Shown: piece after piece, positions 16,239-25,052 of the stretch
Layout of the letters: each line of letters begins with the position of its first letter
Numbering within the stretch: position 1 is the stretch's first letter
From: a virus
Taxonomy: Duplodnaviria; Caudoviricetes
Length of the DNA stretch: 64,000 nt
Virus record (IMG/VR): IMGVR_UViG_3300009370_000001
Reading direction: 5' to 3' (one strand)
Made by a program: the position numbers and the translations under genes
The notes under the pieces: generated by a model
What the model saw: the letters and a program-made list of their open reading frames with translations, nothing else
Told to the model about the DNA's origin: nothing
The model's database searches: none

Positions 16239-16470
16239 CGTGGGAACCATTGTATCAGTTATTTCGACCGACCAGCCACTTAAAGGGATCGTCGTGCCGA
16301 ATGGTTTTGATCCACCCGTGCATATCAACGCGGATCTTAAGACTCCGCCCTATCCGTGGGATGATCTTCCCGGTGTATCAATGGTGCTGATTACAAGTAG
16401 CGGAGAGTATCAAGGAAAAGTGTATCCCTTTCAGAAGCATCAACTGGAGATTATAAGTGACTCAAGTTAA
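16231..16470 (+). CDS. KOW/SH3-like microprotein
   Basis: FDVGTIV...KGIVV...LEIIS. Confidence 0.65.
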   Translation: MFDVGTIVSVISTDQPLKGIVVPNGFDPPVHINADLKTPPYPWDDLPGVSMVLITSSGEYQGKVYPFQKHQLEIISDSS

Positions 16471-16768
16471 AGTCAGTATCCCGCCCGCGCTGTTCACAGC
16501 CCCGAGCGGTCAACGCTATGCGGTTGCAGGCTCACAGTGGATTCGTGTGCCCCTGGACACGACTCACGCGACCCTTGACCAGTTTGTGAGCTACTCGCCG
16601 CCAGAAGTCCAGCAGGACGACAATAATGGATCGTGGCAAGTGCAAGGCTCCAAGGGCAACACTTATACTGTGCGCGTTCGCGCCGGTCAGTGGTTCTGCT
16701 CCTGTCCTGGCTATGGCTTTCGGCGCAAGTGCCGACACATCGAGGAGACAAGAAATGCAAATCGGTGA
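16457..16768 (+). CDS. SWIM zinc-finger protein
   Basis: YTV...WFCSCPGYGFRRKCRHI. Confidence 0.85.
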   Translation: MTQVKVSIPPALFTAPSGQRYAVAGSQWIRVPLDTTHATLDQFVSYSPPEVQQDDNNGSWQVQGSKGNTYTVRVRAGQWFCSCPGYGFRRKCRHIEETRNANR

Positions 16769-16964
16769 TTTGATTCGTTTTGTTAATACGGGTTGTCATG
16801 GCGTGGTTCTGTCCGTCCGTCCGTCCCGCCACCACATCGATCCCGACTGGATTTATGTCTTGTGCGGTCCTGATGCTGATGGCCACCGGGCAACAGGCGA
16901 ACCTACGGCTTTTCCCAGGGACTACCTCGCAAGAGTGTCGGAGGTTATAAATGCAAGTCGGTGA
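16755..16964 (+). CDS. KOW/SH3-like microprotein
   Basis: MQIGDLIR...SEVINASR; 14-nt overlap. Confidence 0.72.
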   Translation: MQIGDLIRFVNTGCHGVVLSVRPSRHHIDPDWIYVLCGPDADGHRATGEPTAFPRDYLARVSEVINASR

Positions 16965-17139
16965 TCTCGTAGTGTTTAGGGATGACCGGGTGCCTGGAGT
17001 GATTGTAGCAGAAAGGCGCGACGATCCGCTCCCCAAGAAACTCCGTGTGGGTGTATTGTGGATCGATTGTAATGATGTGTCGTGGGAGCCAATCCAATAC
17101 TTGCGAGTGATAAGCGAGACAGATAATGAAAATCGGTGA
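16951..17139 (+). CDS. KOW/SH3-like microprotein
   Basis: MQVGDLVV...LRVIS; 14-nt overlap. Confidence 0.75.
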   Translation: MQVGDLVVFRDDRVPGVIVAERRDDPLPKKLRVGVLWIDCNDVSWEPIQYLRVISETDNENR

Positions 17140-17308
17140 TCTAATAACATTTCAGATTGACTATGATTCAGAGTGTATTGAAGATATAGGGATTGTCACA
17201 GAAATAGAACCGACTCTTGGTTATGCCATAATCGCATGGCCGTGGGGACAGGGGCGACACCGCACATGCGGGTTGCATATATTAAGCGAGAACGGAGAAC
17301 AAGAATGA
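17126..17308 (+). CDS. KOW/SH3-like microprotein
   Basis: MKIGDLIT...IGIVTEI; 14-nt overlap. Confidence 0.72.
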   Translation: MKIGDLITFQIDYDSECIEDIGIVTEIEPTLGYAIIAWPWGQGRHRTCGLHILSENGEQE

Positions 17309-17406
17309 ATATGAGAAAAGCATATATTATGATCGCAGTGGATATTGCGCTGTGGATCATTATGTTGGGCTTAACGTGGCATTATGTAACATGCCCGTTG
17401 ACGTAA
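17305..17406 (+). CDS. 33-aa single-TM peptide
   Basis: MNMRKAYIMIAVDIALWIIMLGLTWHYVTCPLT; ATGA overlap. Confidence 0.5.
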   Translation: MNMRKAYIMIAVDIALWIIMLGLTWHYVTCPLT

Positions 17407-17420
17407 AAGAGGGAAGAGGA

Positions 17421-17717
17421 ATGTATAAAAGAATCGAATGTAAAGACGGCTTCAGTATGAGCGTTCAAGCAGGACAGGGACACTATTGTGATCCCCGTGA
17501 CGATACTGGCCCATATAATAGTGTTGAGTGTGGATTCCCAAGCGAATACGAAGAGTTGATCATAGCCTACGCAGAGTCAAGGCACGAACCGACTAAAAGT
17601 GTATACGGTTGGGTGCCTGTCGGTGTCGTGACTAATGTAATCGCCAAGCATGGCGGCCTCGTCGGCGGAACAGTGCCTAATGGCGTAGCACCACTAAAAG
17701 GGGGCGAGAGTGATTAA
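17421..17717 (+). CDS. phage hypothetical protein
   Basis: DGFSMSVQAG...HYCDPR...VECGFPS; GAGG RBS. Confidence 0.7.
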   Translation: MYKRIECKDGFSMSVQAGQGHYCDPRDDTGPYNSVECGFPSEYEELIIAYAESRHEPTKSVYGWVPVGVVTNVIAKHGGLVGGTVPNGVAPLKGGESD

Positions 17718-17796
17718 AAATATACTATTAGTATTAGGTATCATCATAGTATGGGAACACAGGTATGGTATCATTAAGTTAATAGAAGGTATTTGA
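17710..17796 (+). CDS. 28-aa hydrophobic peptide
   Basis: MIKNILLVLGIIIVWEHRYGIIKLIEGI; overlaps upstream stop. Confidence 0.4.
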   Translation: MIKNILLVLGIIIVWEHRYGIIKLIEGI

Positions 17797-17876
17797 TGTT
17801 TCTGTTTGTCTTTGCTAATGTGGTTATACTTGTATCAATGTGGTACGTAGTGGATCAAAGTGGAGCGTGGTGGTAG
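17796..17876 (+). CDS. 26-aa hydrophobic peptide
   Basis: MFLFVFANVVILVSMWYVVDQSGAWW; TGATG overlap. Confidence 0.35.
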   Translation: MFLFVFANVVILVSMWYVVDQSGAWW

Positions 17877-18085
17877 TGTGGATGTATGTGATATGGATAT
17901 TTCTATTCTAAATGTATATTTATTTGTGTTGGTTTGCGGTGGTATGTGGTTTAATACTTTATACCCTGCCCGGATCGCGCTGTCAACGGGTGCGTTTTGA
18001 TACGCCCACGCCGTCGCATTAAACCGCATGCCGTATACATTCTTATACGGTGCGCCGGGATTGATGGCCGAGAGAAGAAAACATA

Positions 18086-18217
18086 ATGATTAAACGTATC
18101 AAGAAAGCAGCGTGCCTATCCCACAGAGTGCTGGGGTATAGTATCTTACTCGCCGCCATATATGCGACAGCGTTGGGTTACATGTATAGTAACGCCAAGC
18201 ATGACAAGAAACATTAA
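18086..18217 (+). CDS. 43-aa single-TM peptide
   Basis: MIKRIKK...GYSILLAAIYATALGYMY; purine-rich RBS. Confidence 0.45.
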   Translation: MIKRIKKAACLSHRVLGYSILLAAIYATALGYMYSNAKHDKKH

Positions 18218-18519
18218 CCTTTAATATGTGTACGGTCAGCTCACGAACATTAACCTTAGCCGACCTGAGCCAAGCGAGCGCAGCGAGCGATTAATGGCCG
18301 AGAGTAACAAAAATATATATATAAAACATATATAACAGACAAAGCTTTTACGCGACAGCAGTACCCCCCACCCCCCTCCTACCCGGAATCTATGTCACAC
18401 TATAGGAATAGATGTATCAGCCGGGCTAGATCCCTTTTCGATATCGCTAAGAAAAAATCAGAATATTGAGTTTGTTAAAAATGCGCCGGTAAAAATTTCC
18501 CAAACCTACCTACTACAGG
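18218..18519. other. non-coding boundary region, candidate origin or genome end
   Basis: GCGAGCGCAGCGAGCG, (AT)n run, C6-A-C6 tract; compositional shift. Confidence 0.35.
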
Positions 18520-18762
18520 ATGGAGACTAAAGAAAAGCGCTTTCGATGCCGCATGATGGCCGCAGACTCAAAGTGTCCAAAGTGTGGTTTCCGAGTACAT
18601 TGGAGTTGCAACGGAACCAAAGGCTATGCCTACTGCGGACATTCACCCACCGCCACACGTATGTGGATCCCAGGTTCCCCCATAACGTTTTGTGAGTGGG
18701 AAGGCAAGTGTAAGCGCAGACCAGACGGAAGAGTAGAAATATTTTATTTAGAAGAGATATAG
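18520..18762 (+). CDS. Cys-rich zinc-ribbon protein
   Basis: CPKC plus further Cys/His. Confidence 0.6.
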   Translation: METKEKRFRCRMMAADSKCPKCGFRVHWSCNGTKGYAYCGHSPTATRMWIPGSPITFCEWEGKCKRRPDGRVEIFYLEEI

Positions 18763-18763
18763 C

Positions 18764-19009
18764 ATGCCATTCGACAAGCTATATCTCAAAGTCAAGTGCA
18801 ATGTGTGCGACGGTACGCGCCTTCACAACCACGGACACCATGACCCACATGAGCCGTACAAGTGGAAGAGGTGCCCATATTGCGATCCTAACGGGCACGT
18901 CGTCATTGAGGCAACCCCAGACCTTATTGCCGACTACATCGCCGGCACAGACGATTTAACGCGCCAACGATTGTGGGAGAAACTAGTCGAGATTCAAGAA
19001 AAGAAATAG
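18764..19009 (+). CDS. zinc-finger protein (DnaJ-type CxxCxG, tentative)
   Basis: CNVCDG and CPYCD. Confidence 0.6.
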   Translation: MPFDKLYLKVKCNVCDGTRLHNHGHHDPHEPYKWKRCPYCDPNGHVVIEATPDLIADYIAGTDDLTRQRLWEKLVEIQEKK

Positions 19010-19017
19010 TTATAGGC

Positions 19018-19257
19018 ATGAGGGCCCGCTATAAGAAGCAGCAATTCGTTGTTGGAGACTTAGTATACTACCGAGGATTCGAGATATTCGAACGCCACCC
19101 ACCCGACAATTACGTTGGCATTGTGGTAGGAGAGCCTTCAGATGCATATGCTTCCGGAACATATTATGTATTTTGGTTTAAATCAGGCTTGACAACAAGG
19201 ATGCATTGTGATAATATGACATTAGTATATGAAACAGAGCGCGCACCAAAAGAGTGA
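19018..19257 (+). CDS. KOW/SH3-like microprotein
   Basis: FVVGDLV...VGIVV...MTLV. Confidence 0.68.
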   Translation: MRARYKKQQFVVGDLVYYRGFEIFERHPPDNYVGIVVGEPSDAYASGTYYVFWFKSGLTTRMHCDNMTLVYETERAPKE

Positions 19258-19447
19258 TTTAGTCAGATGGTATGACTACTATGAAGATAGAATTGTGCGA
19301 GATGCAGGACTGGGCGTCGTTGTACAAGATCGTGGACATGGCGGTATGTACTTGGTGTATAGATTTAAACACGGTAATACGATGTGGTACGACTCATATG
19401 ACCTGGCCCCTATAGAGGAAATAAATGCTCCAGTTCCCGAAAGGTAA
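19229..19447 (+). CDS. KOW/SH3-like microprotein
   Basis: KSDLVRW...LGVVV...LAPIEE. Confidence 0.62.
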   Translation: MKQSAHQKSDLVRWYDYYEDRIVRDAGLGVVVQDRGHGGMYLVYRFKHGNTMWYDSYDLAPIEEINAPVPER

Positions 19448-19454
19448 ACTATTT

Positions 19455-19742
19455 ATGAATATGGCTGATGAACAAACTTTACCGCTTCGCAATCTTCGTT
19501 ATCTTATCCGAGAAGCTTTGACAAAAACTGATAAAGCTGAAATTAAGAGTATTGTTCGCAAGGAACTTGAGAGCGAACTTAAAGCTAAGCTTTCCAAAGC
19601 TGTTGAGGATGAAGTTGCAAAAGCGCTTAAGGACAAGTCGACGAAAGAAGAGATTGGCGAGATCGCCAAGAAGGTCCTTAAAAAGCTTTACAAGGACCTC
19701 TCCATGCATCACCCATACATTATCGACCGAATCAAGGTGTAA
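19455..19742 (+). CDS. helical Lys/Glu-rich protein
   Basis: LRYLIRE...VRKELE; start corrected from the track. Confidence 0.65.
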   Translation: MNMADEQTLPLRNLRYLIREALTKTDKAEIKSIVRKELESELKAKLSKAVEDEVAKALKDKSTKEEIGEIAKKVLKKLYKDLSMHHPYIIDRIKV

Positions 19743-19743
19743 T

Positions 19744-19947
19744 TTGAAAGATATTTTTACTGTATTGAACCAATTTGCGTATGCAGGGTCTTTTATCAAG
19801 GATCTCACTCATCAAAAGAGATCGCTTGGTTATGTGCTTGAGGTCAATAAAGAAACCAACATGATGCGAGTGCGGTTTCCTAAGATCGGTCGAGATGCTT
19901 GGATAGTGTGGGGAAATCACGGCCATTATAGAGTTATTGGTAAATAA
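19744..19947 (+). CDS. KOW/SH3-like microprotein
   Basis: LGYVLEV...VRFP...YRVIG; TTG start tentative. Confidence 0.5.
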   Translation: MKDIFTVLNQFAYAGSFIKDLTHQKRSLGYVLEVNKETNMMRVRFPKIGRDAWIVWGNHGHYRVIGK

Positions 19948-19992
19948 CGAACTATTTATCACCTAAGAGCCAAAAAACAAAGGATTTTTGCA

Positions 19993-20232
19993 ATGAAACT
20001 AATTTACTGGAGTGCGACGGCGATTGCGCTTGGTGCTGTTGCTCCGCAACCTCACTATTTTCAAAGTAACGTTATAGAGCGCGATCATGTGGAGGTGGTT
20101 TATTTACCAAACAACACATGTCATATTACGGGACCTTTGATTACACCTGCTGCAAATTATAAGGATTATGTGAGAGCATGCCTTAATAATCAACATTTAA
20201 GAAAAAAGATCAACACTTACCTCCCTAATTAA
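19993..20232 (+). CDS. hypothetical exported protein
   Basis: signal-peptide-like N-terminus. Confidence 0.5.
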   Translation: MKLIYWSATAIALGAVAPQPHYFQSNVIERDHVEVVYLPNNTCHITGPLITPAANYKDYVRACLNNQHLRKKINTYLPN

Positions 20233-20238
20233 GGGAGA

Positions 20239-20481
20239 ATGGAATTAACTTTAACTGTCGGTGATATCGTCATCGATAAAATAAGTGGTGAGATTGGTTT
20301 ATTGGTAGAACGCTATTTGCTTACTAATAAGGGCCCGGATGATCCTATCGCCTTGTGGGCATGGGATGTGTACTGGGTAGGTGCGAAAATTATACCTGAA
20401 AAAAGATTAACTCCGTGGACTGAGTATGGGCTAACCAATATAATTAAAGCTGGTACTTTTATGCATTATCGGAATATTTAA
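20239..20481 (+). CDS. KOW/SH3-like microprotein
   Basis: LTVGDIV...IGLLVE. Confidence 0.65.
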   Translation: MELTLTVGDIVIDKISGEIGLLVERYLLTNKGPDDPIALWAWDVYWVGAKIIPEKRLTPWTEYGLTNIIKAGTFMHYRNI

Positions 20482-20538
20482 TGTTGCATTGATGACCAAT
20501 AAGTGTTATATTATTAATATTCAATCATAGGAGATATA

Positions 20539-20991
20539 ATGAATTGGAATGTTTACAAGGTGTTTAAAAACGGCAAACGTGCTAAAGCACCGATAATAAC
20601 CTTTAAACATGCGGGCAAGAAAGAAGAAGTAACTCAATATTTTAATGCAAATATTAAGAAAAATTTTAACGAAAAAAATCGCGGATTAGAGTTTGTGGTT
20701 CTTCGAGAGGATGAATGCCAAGATCGTGCCGAAGAAAAAACCCACCAACAAGAAGAGGTCGCGCTTAAAAAACAAACCATTGTCCTGGCGCGCCTCTTAA
20801 AAGAGTCCGGCGTCAAATCAAAGCATAGGATGGTTGGCGGCCTTATTTTTGCGTCTGCCACAAACTGGAAGTGGCAATGGTGTGCACTGGAAGCCGGCTC
20901 AAATAATTATATCGAGGGACTTTCTCCTCGATTCGATAACCCCACGGAAGCGCATCGATGGATGAACCAACAAGTCCAAACTTTAACATAG
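20539..20991 (+). CDS. hypothetical protein
   Basis: AGGAG RBS. Confidence 0.65.
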   Translation: MNWNVYKVFKNGKRAKAPIITFKHAGKKEEVTQYFNANIKKNFNEKNRGLEFVVLREDECQDRAEEKTHQQEEVALKKQTIVLARLLKESGVKSKHRMVGGLIFASATNWKWQWCALEAGSNNYIEGLSPRFDNPTEAHRWMNQQVQTLT

Positions 20992-21194
20992 AGTGGCGGA
21001 TTAAGATTGGGGATATCGTAAAAATAATGCGTTATGATTATGACGCTTATAGTGTTCCGGTTTATGGAGTTGTAGTTAGTAGAGAGGAAACAAATCAAAT
21101 CTATATGTTTCCGGCCGTCGAGGTCTTTTTATTTGAATCCCAGCAAATTGAGATGTTCCCTGCCGGCACAGTGGAAGTAATCTCTAGTGCTTAA
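20958..21194 (+). CDS. KOW/SH3-like microprotein (start uncertain)
   Basis: IKIGDIVK...YGVVV...VEVISS. Confidence 0.65.
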   Translation: MDEPTSPNFNIEWRIKIGDIVKIMRYDYDAYSVPVYGVVVSREETNQIYMFPAVEVFLFESQQIEMFPAGTVEVISSA

Positions 21195-21363
21195 AACAAA
21201 CTTTAACATTCTTTCTTATGGCGCCATTTTTTTAAATTTAGGAATCTTGTTTGTAGCATGGCACACAAATGAGGTACAATTACAGTTTTTAGCAATTTTC
21301 AACATGATTATGCTCACAATTGGTCTTTTATTAAGATCACCGGAGAAAAAAGACAAGCAATAA
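21187..21363 (+). CDS. 58-aa two-TM protein
   Basis: two hydrophobic segments; overlap coupling. Confidence 0.5.
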   Translation: MLKTNFNILSYGAIFLNLGILFVAWHTNEVQLQFLAIFNMIMLTIGLLLRSPEKKDKQ

Positions 21364-21375
21364 CATAGTTATTGT

Positions 21376-22983
21376 ATGAAGAATTTAAAAAAAATTGCCA
21401 TTTTGTGTGCTAGCCTACTAATAAGCTGCAGCGATTATGAGTTAAATCCAAAAGTAGAAGAAATTCCTATTATTGAATCGCCCAATATTGAGGTGACACC
21501 TTCTTCTCTTAATTTTGGACACTTAGATGCCGGCGTGGGCGAGTCCAAAGCCCAAGTCATTACAATTACCAACGTGGGGAACAAAGATCTTAACTTATCC
21601 CATGTTGGCTTAGATGCCGCTGACTTAGTGTATACAATTACACTCCCCCATTTAACGACGCTAGAGCCCGATCAAGCGACTCGTGTGACAGTTACTTATA
21701 TACCGCGCACGTATGAGACGAATTCCAATAGTGTTCTCATTAATTCTAATGACCCTGACGAAGCAGTGGTGAAAGTACCCCTAAGAGGTGAAAGCTCGGC
21801 GCCGGTTATTGAAATCGATCCGACTTATTATGATTTCGGCACAACCTATATTGGATGCGAAGCTAAAACTGTAGTCGGCATTACCAACGTTGGTGATTCT
21901 GATTTAGTGATCACTGACATCCAATATTTTGTTTCTTACCCTCCGGAACTTTCCATTGAAATCGACACCGCCGCCATGGGTCCCTTTCCATGGACATTAG
22001 AACCCAACGAGAGGCAGCTTGTTACTATCTATCATGAACCATGGGACATCCAGGAAGATTCTGGCTTTGTCGAAGTACACTCCAGCGACCCGGCTACGCC
22101 TATAGCTCAAGCCGATCAAGAAGCTATGGGGGATTATTATGCCTGGGCCTCTGACTTTTACGAACAAGAAGAAGTAGCGAATGCCGATATCTTGTTTATA
22201 ATTGATAATTCGTGTTCAATGCACAGCCATCAAACCAATCTTAGTAACAACTTTTCTTCTTTTATAAGTGTCTTTGCTAATTCTGGTGTAGATTATCAAA
22301 TCGCCTTCATTACGACCGATAATGAAAATTTTGTTAATGGAAAGATAATACGCAGTACAGATGCCGATCCCATCGGAGATGTTACGGATATTATCAGCCA
22401 AATTAGCATTACGGGCCATGGTCTTGAGCGAGGATTATGGGAAAGCTATGAAGCCACGCAGGCTGGTGCAGACGCAGGTCCTGGAAGTACCTTTCTTCGA
22501 AATGACTCTCGACTTGTGATGGTTTACCTCTCGGATGAGCGCGACGGTTCCACCACATATTCGTCGATGACACCTACTGATTATGCCAACCATCTCCTGA
22601 CACTGAAACCTTTATCCGATCAATTATCAATTAACGCAGTTGCTGGCGATCATCCGAATGGCTGCAGCCCTCCATACGCCCAGCATGGCGCCGGCTATTA
22701 TGAAGTCGTCCAACAACTGGGAGGAACGTTTATGTCTATTTGTGCTACTGACTATGGATTACAGATGGATACCTTGGCGCGAGATTCAATTTTATTAAGC
22801 GCGTTTGAGCTTTCAGATATTCCCATTGAAGAAAGCATTATTGTAACAGTAGATGGCTACCAGTCGACCAACTGGACCTACAATTCCACCGAGAATGCCA
22901 TTTATTTTGACGCGTCGGCTATTCCTCCTACAGATGCAGAGATTTATATAGATTATGCGGTTTTAGCCGAATGCCCCCAATAA
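21376..22983 (+). CDS. lipoprotein with two ASH/choice-of-anchor D Ig-like domains and a VWA domain
   Basis: lipobox LISC; PSSLNFG...ITNVG...SNDPDE repeats; DILFIIDNSCSM MIDAS. Confidence 0.85.
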   Translation: MKNLKKIAILCASLLISCSDYELNPKVEEIPIIESPNIEVTPSSLNFGHLDAGVGESKAQVITITNVGNKDLNLSHVGLDAADLVYTITLPHLTTLEPDQATRVTVTYIPRTYETNSNSVLINSNDPDEAVVKVPLRGESSAPVIEIDPTYYDFGTTYIGCEAKTVVGITNVGDSDLVITDIQYFVSYPPELSIEIDTAAMGPFPWTLEPNERQLVTIYHEPWDIQEDSGFVEVHSSDPATPIAQADQEAMGDYYAWASDFYEQEEVANADILFIIDNSCSMHSHQTNLSNNFSSFISVFANSGVDYQIAFITTDNENFVNGKIIRSTDADPIGDVTDIISQISITGHGLERGLWESYEATQAGADAGPGSTFLRNDSRLVMVYLSDERDGSTTYSSMTPTDYANHLLTLKPLSDQLSINAVAGDHPNGCSPPYAQHGAGYYEVVQQLGGTFMSICATDYGLQMDTLARDSILLSAFELSDIPIEESIIVTVDGYQSTNWTYNSTENAIYFDASAIPPTDAEIYIDYAVLAECPQ

Positions 22984-23028
22984 CCCACTAGTTAATGTGT
23001 TAGAGAACACTGAAAAGGAGACACATTA

Positions 23029-23757
23029 ATGAAATTTTTAAGTATAGTACTCGGCGCGCTGTTAGTAAGTCCCACTCACGCCACCGAAATCATTAAAACC
23101 CACGATACTGACACCCGGACAATTGAGATAAGTTCGCAGATGTCTGACACTGAAATGGCCGTGCGGGGTGCCGCAGTGCGAGTAACGAGATTTGGAGAAG
23201 GCGGCCATGGCTCGGGTTCCCTGGTGCAGTATAAGGACGTCCAACTTGTTTTGACAGCCCAGCATGTAGCTGACGCCATTATTGGTACACCTTATCGTAT
23301 TACCCATGATGGTGAAATACGCGAAGGTATTTTAATATATTCAAATGAGGCACACGATATTGCAGTTTTATGGGTACAAGTGCCATGGCCACGTGGACAC
23401 GCACTAAAGTGGGATCCCACCACAGAAGTTGCTGAGGTGGGATCAAAAATAACTTATTCGGGCTTTCCCGGGCCACATAGTTTGATGACTTATCGTGGCC
23501 GTGTTGCGGGTTATGAGTTAATGCCTGATGGCTCTACTAACATTTTACTCCACACTTATGGATATTTTGGATGTTCAGGCGCCGTAATTTACAACGCAGA
23601 CAAAGAAATTGTAGGAATCCTATGGGGAATCGATAGAGGGCGTATTGCCCCTATAGAAGATATGATATGGGTATCTCCGATACAGAATTTAAATATTGAT
23701 TTATCATTGCGAGGATTGTGTCAGACATTACGTAATGAACCACGCGCATGCCGATGA
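23029..23757 (+). CDS. exported trypsin-like serine protease
   Basis: signal peptide; TAQH, HDIA, GCSG catalytic triad motifs. Confidence 0.85.
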   Translation: MKFLSIVLGALLVSPTHATEIIKTHDTDTRTIEISSQMSDTEMAVRGAAVRVTRFGEGGHGSGSLVQYKDVQLVLTAQHVADAIIGTPYRITHDGEIREGILIYSNEAHDIAVLWVQVPWPRGHALKWDPTTEVAEVGSKITYSGFPGPHSLMTYRGRVAGYELMPDGSTNILLHTYGYFGCSGAVIYNADKEIVGILWGIDRGRIAPIEDMIWVSPIQNLNIDLSLRGLCQTLRNEPRACR

Positions 23758-24209
23758 AATATTCATGGAAAGGCTTTCTTGGCGAAGGCAAAGAATCAGA
23801 AGTTGGAATTGTTGCTTGTCTAAACGATGAGCAACAATTTCTTATTTTAAGACGTTCAGAGATGGATGATCGAGCAGGGCAATGGACAATGCCGGGAGGA
23901 CATATTGATCCAGAAGACAGTTCTATAGAAGCCGGCACACTTCGAGAATTGAACGAGGAAGCTAATTTAACGTGTAAAATTAGTAATTTAATGTATTTGG
24001 GCTCTCCAAAAAAGAAAAAATACTATTTTTTGGCTCTTAAGTGGTCGGGAGAAGTAAGTGTAGATAAGCCAAATCCAAAAACTGACGAAATTGAACACGA
24101 TGACTACAAATGGGCAACAATTAATGAGATAAAAGACATTGACGATACTAATATTCCGATCTATTTACTGGAGAAAGCTTTAGAAATCCAAAAGGAAGGT
24201 GAAGAATGA
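23754..24209 (+). CDS. Nudix hydrolase with degenerate tag (MKYSWKGFLGE)
   Basis: Nudix box GGHIDPEDSSIEAGTLRELNEEANL. Confidence 0.9.
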   Translation: MKYSWKGFLGEGKESEVGIVACLNDEQQFLILRRSEMDDRAGQWTMPGGHIDPEDSSIEAGTLRELNEEANLTCKISNLMYLGSPKKKKYYFLALKWSGEVSVDKPNPKTDEIEHDDYKWATINEIKDIDDTNIPIYLLEKALEIQKEGEE

Positions 24210-24463
24210 GGTTTTTAACACTATTTTTGATGTTCTCGACCACTGCGATGGCAGACACGCCAGAAGAACCAACAAACGAGCGACAAATCGTTTACAAACA
24301 ACGCACAGAAATTGACTTTGAAGGTCTTGAAATCGAGGGAACACTCGTTCGACCTCAAGGCGCCCTAATCTTAGACAGAACGGCTGGATCATTTAATCCT
24401 CTTATCCGTTTAAGAATGGATTTCGAGCCAGAATTAAACAACTCGGTGAATTACATAAAATGA
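24206..24463 (+). CDS. cglF: adventurous gliding motility protein CglF/GltF-like
   Basis: signal peptide plus VYKQRTEIDFEGLEIEGTLVRPQG...FNPLIRLRMDFEPEL, matching the recalled CglF pattern. Confidence 0.75.
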   Translation: MRFLTLFLMFSTTAMADTPEEPTNERQIVYKQRTEIDFEGLEIEGTLVRPQGALILDRTAGSFNPLIRLRMDFEPELNNSVNYIK

Positions 24464-24557
24464 AAACTCTCGATAAAGCTTTAGAAGAACTTTCAGCCGC
24501 AGAACTGGCGGAATACGAAGAAGTCATCGAACTTTGGATTACATATGGTGGCGACTG

Positions 24558-25052
24558 ATGAAACTTATAATGGAAAATTGGCGGCGTTATTTAACAGAAC
24601 AAGAAGCTTCTTGGGGAGACTGGACAATTGAAGAACTCGAAGACTTAATTAAAAATGCTCGTGAAGAAGAGAATGTACAAGCCAAAAAATGGCTTGGGAA
24701 AACAATGGGTATTGAATTTATAAAACTCATTCCTGTTCTTGGTCACGCATTAACTGGAGGTGAGGTCTTGAGCGGTCTTTATAAGAAGCACAAGCGATCT
24801 GAGGCAGAATCCGATGATAATCCTGAAGATTTTCCAATTTTAGATATTTTAGACGTCGATCCTTATCTTATTCAAACACTCGATCAAGAAATTTTAAATA
24901 GTATTGATGAAGAATATGAAAAATATTTACATGGCTTGCCGGCCGGAACGCGCATAAAAGACATCACCGATATTAATGATTTTATTCGAGGAATCGTTGC
25001 GCGCCAAACGAAGAAGCATGTTACCATTGTTGATCAAAGCGGAGAAGGTTAA
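24558..25052 (+). CDS. tagged hypothetical protein (MKLIMENWRRYLTE)
   Basis: tag motif at the start; start corrected from the track. Confidence 0.7.
   Translation: MKLIMENWRRYLTEQEASWGDWTIEELEDLIKNAREEENVQAKKWLGKTMGIEFIKLIPVLGHALTGGEVLSGLYKKHKRSEAESDDNPEDFPILDILDVDPYLIQTLDQEILNSIDEEYEKYLHGLPAGTRIKDITDINDFIRGIVARQTKKHVTIVDQSGEG

Noticed and set aside
12969-17150. Other long minus-strand ORFs (12969-13622, 14658-15200, 16494-17150)
   Set aside because: They overlap well-supported + strand genes in GC-rich DNA where stops are rare. I accepted no minus-strand gene anywhere in the window.
17700-18520. Chimeric assembly at the GC shift
   Set aside because: The same strand, the same KOW-like family and the same promoter hexamers continue on both sides. 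It is not fully excluded without reads.
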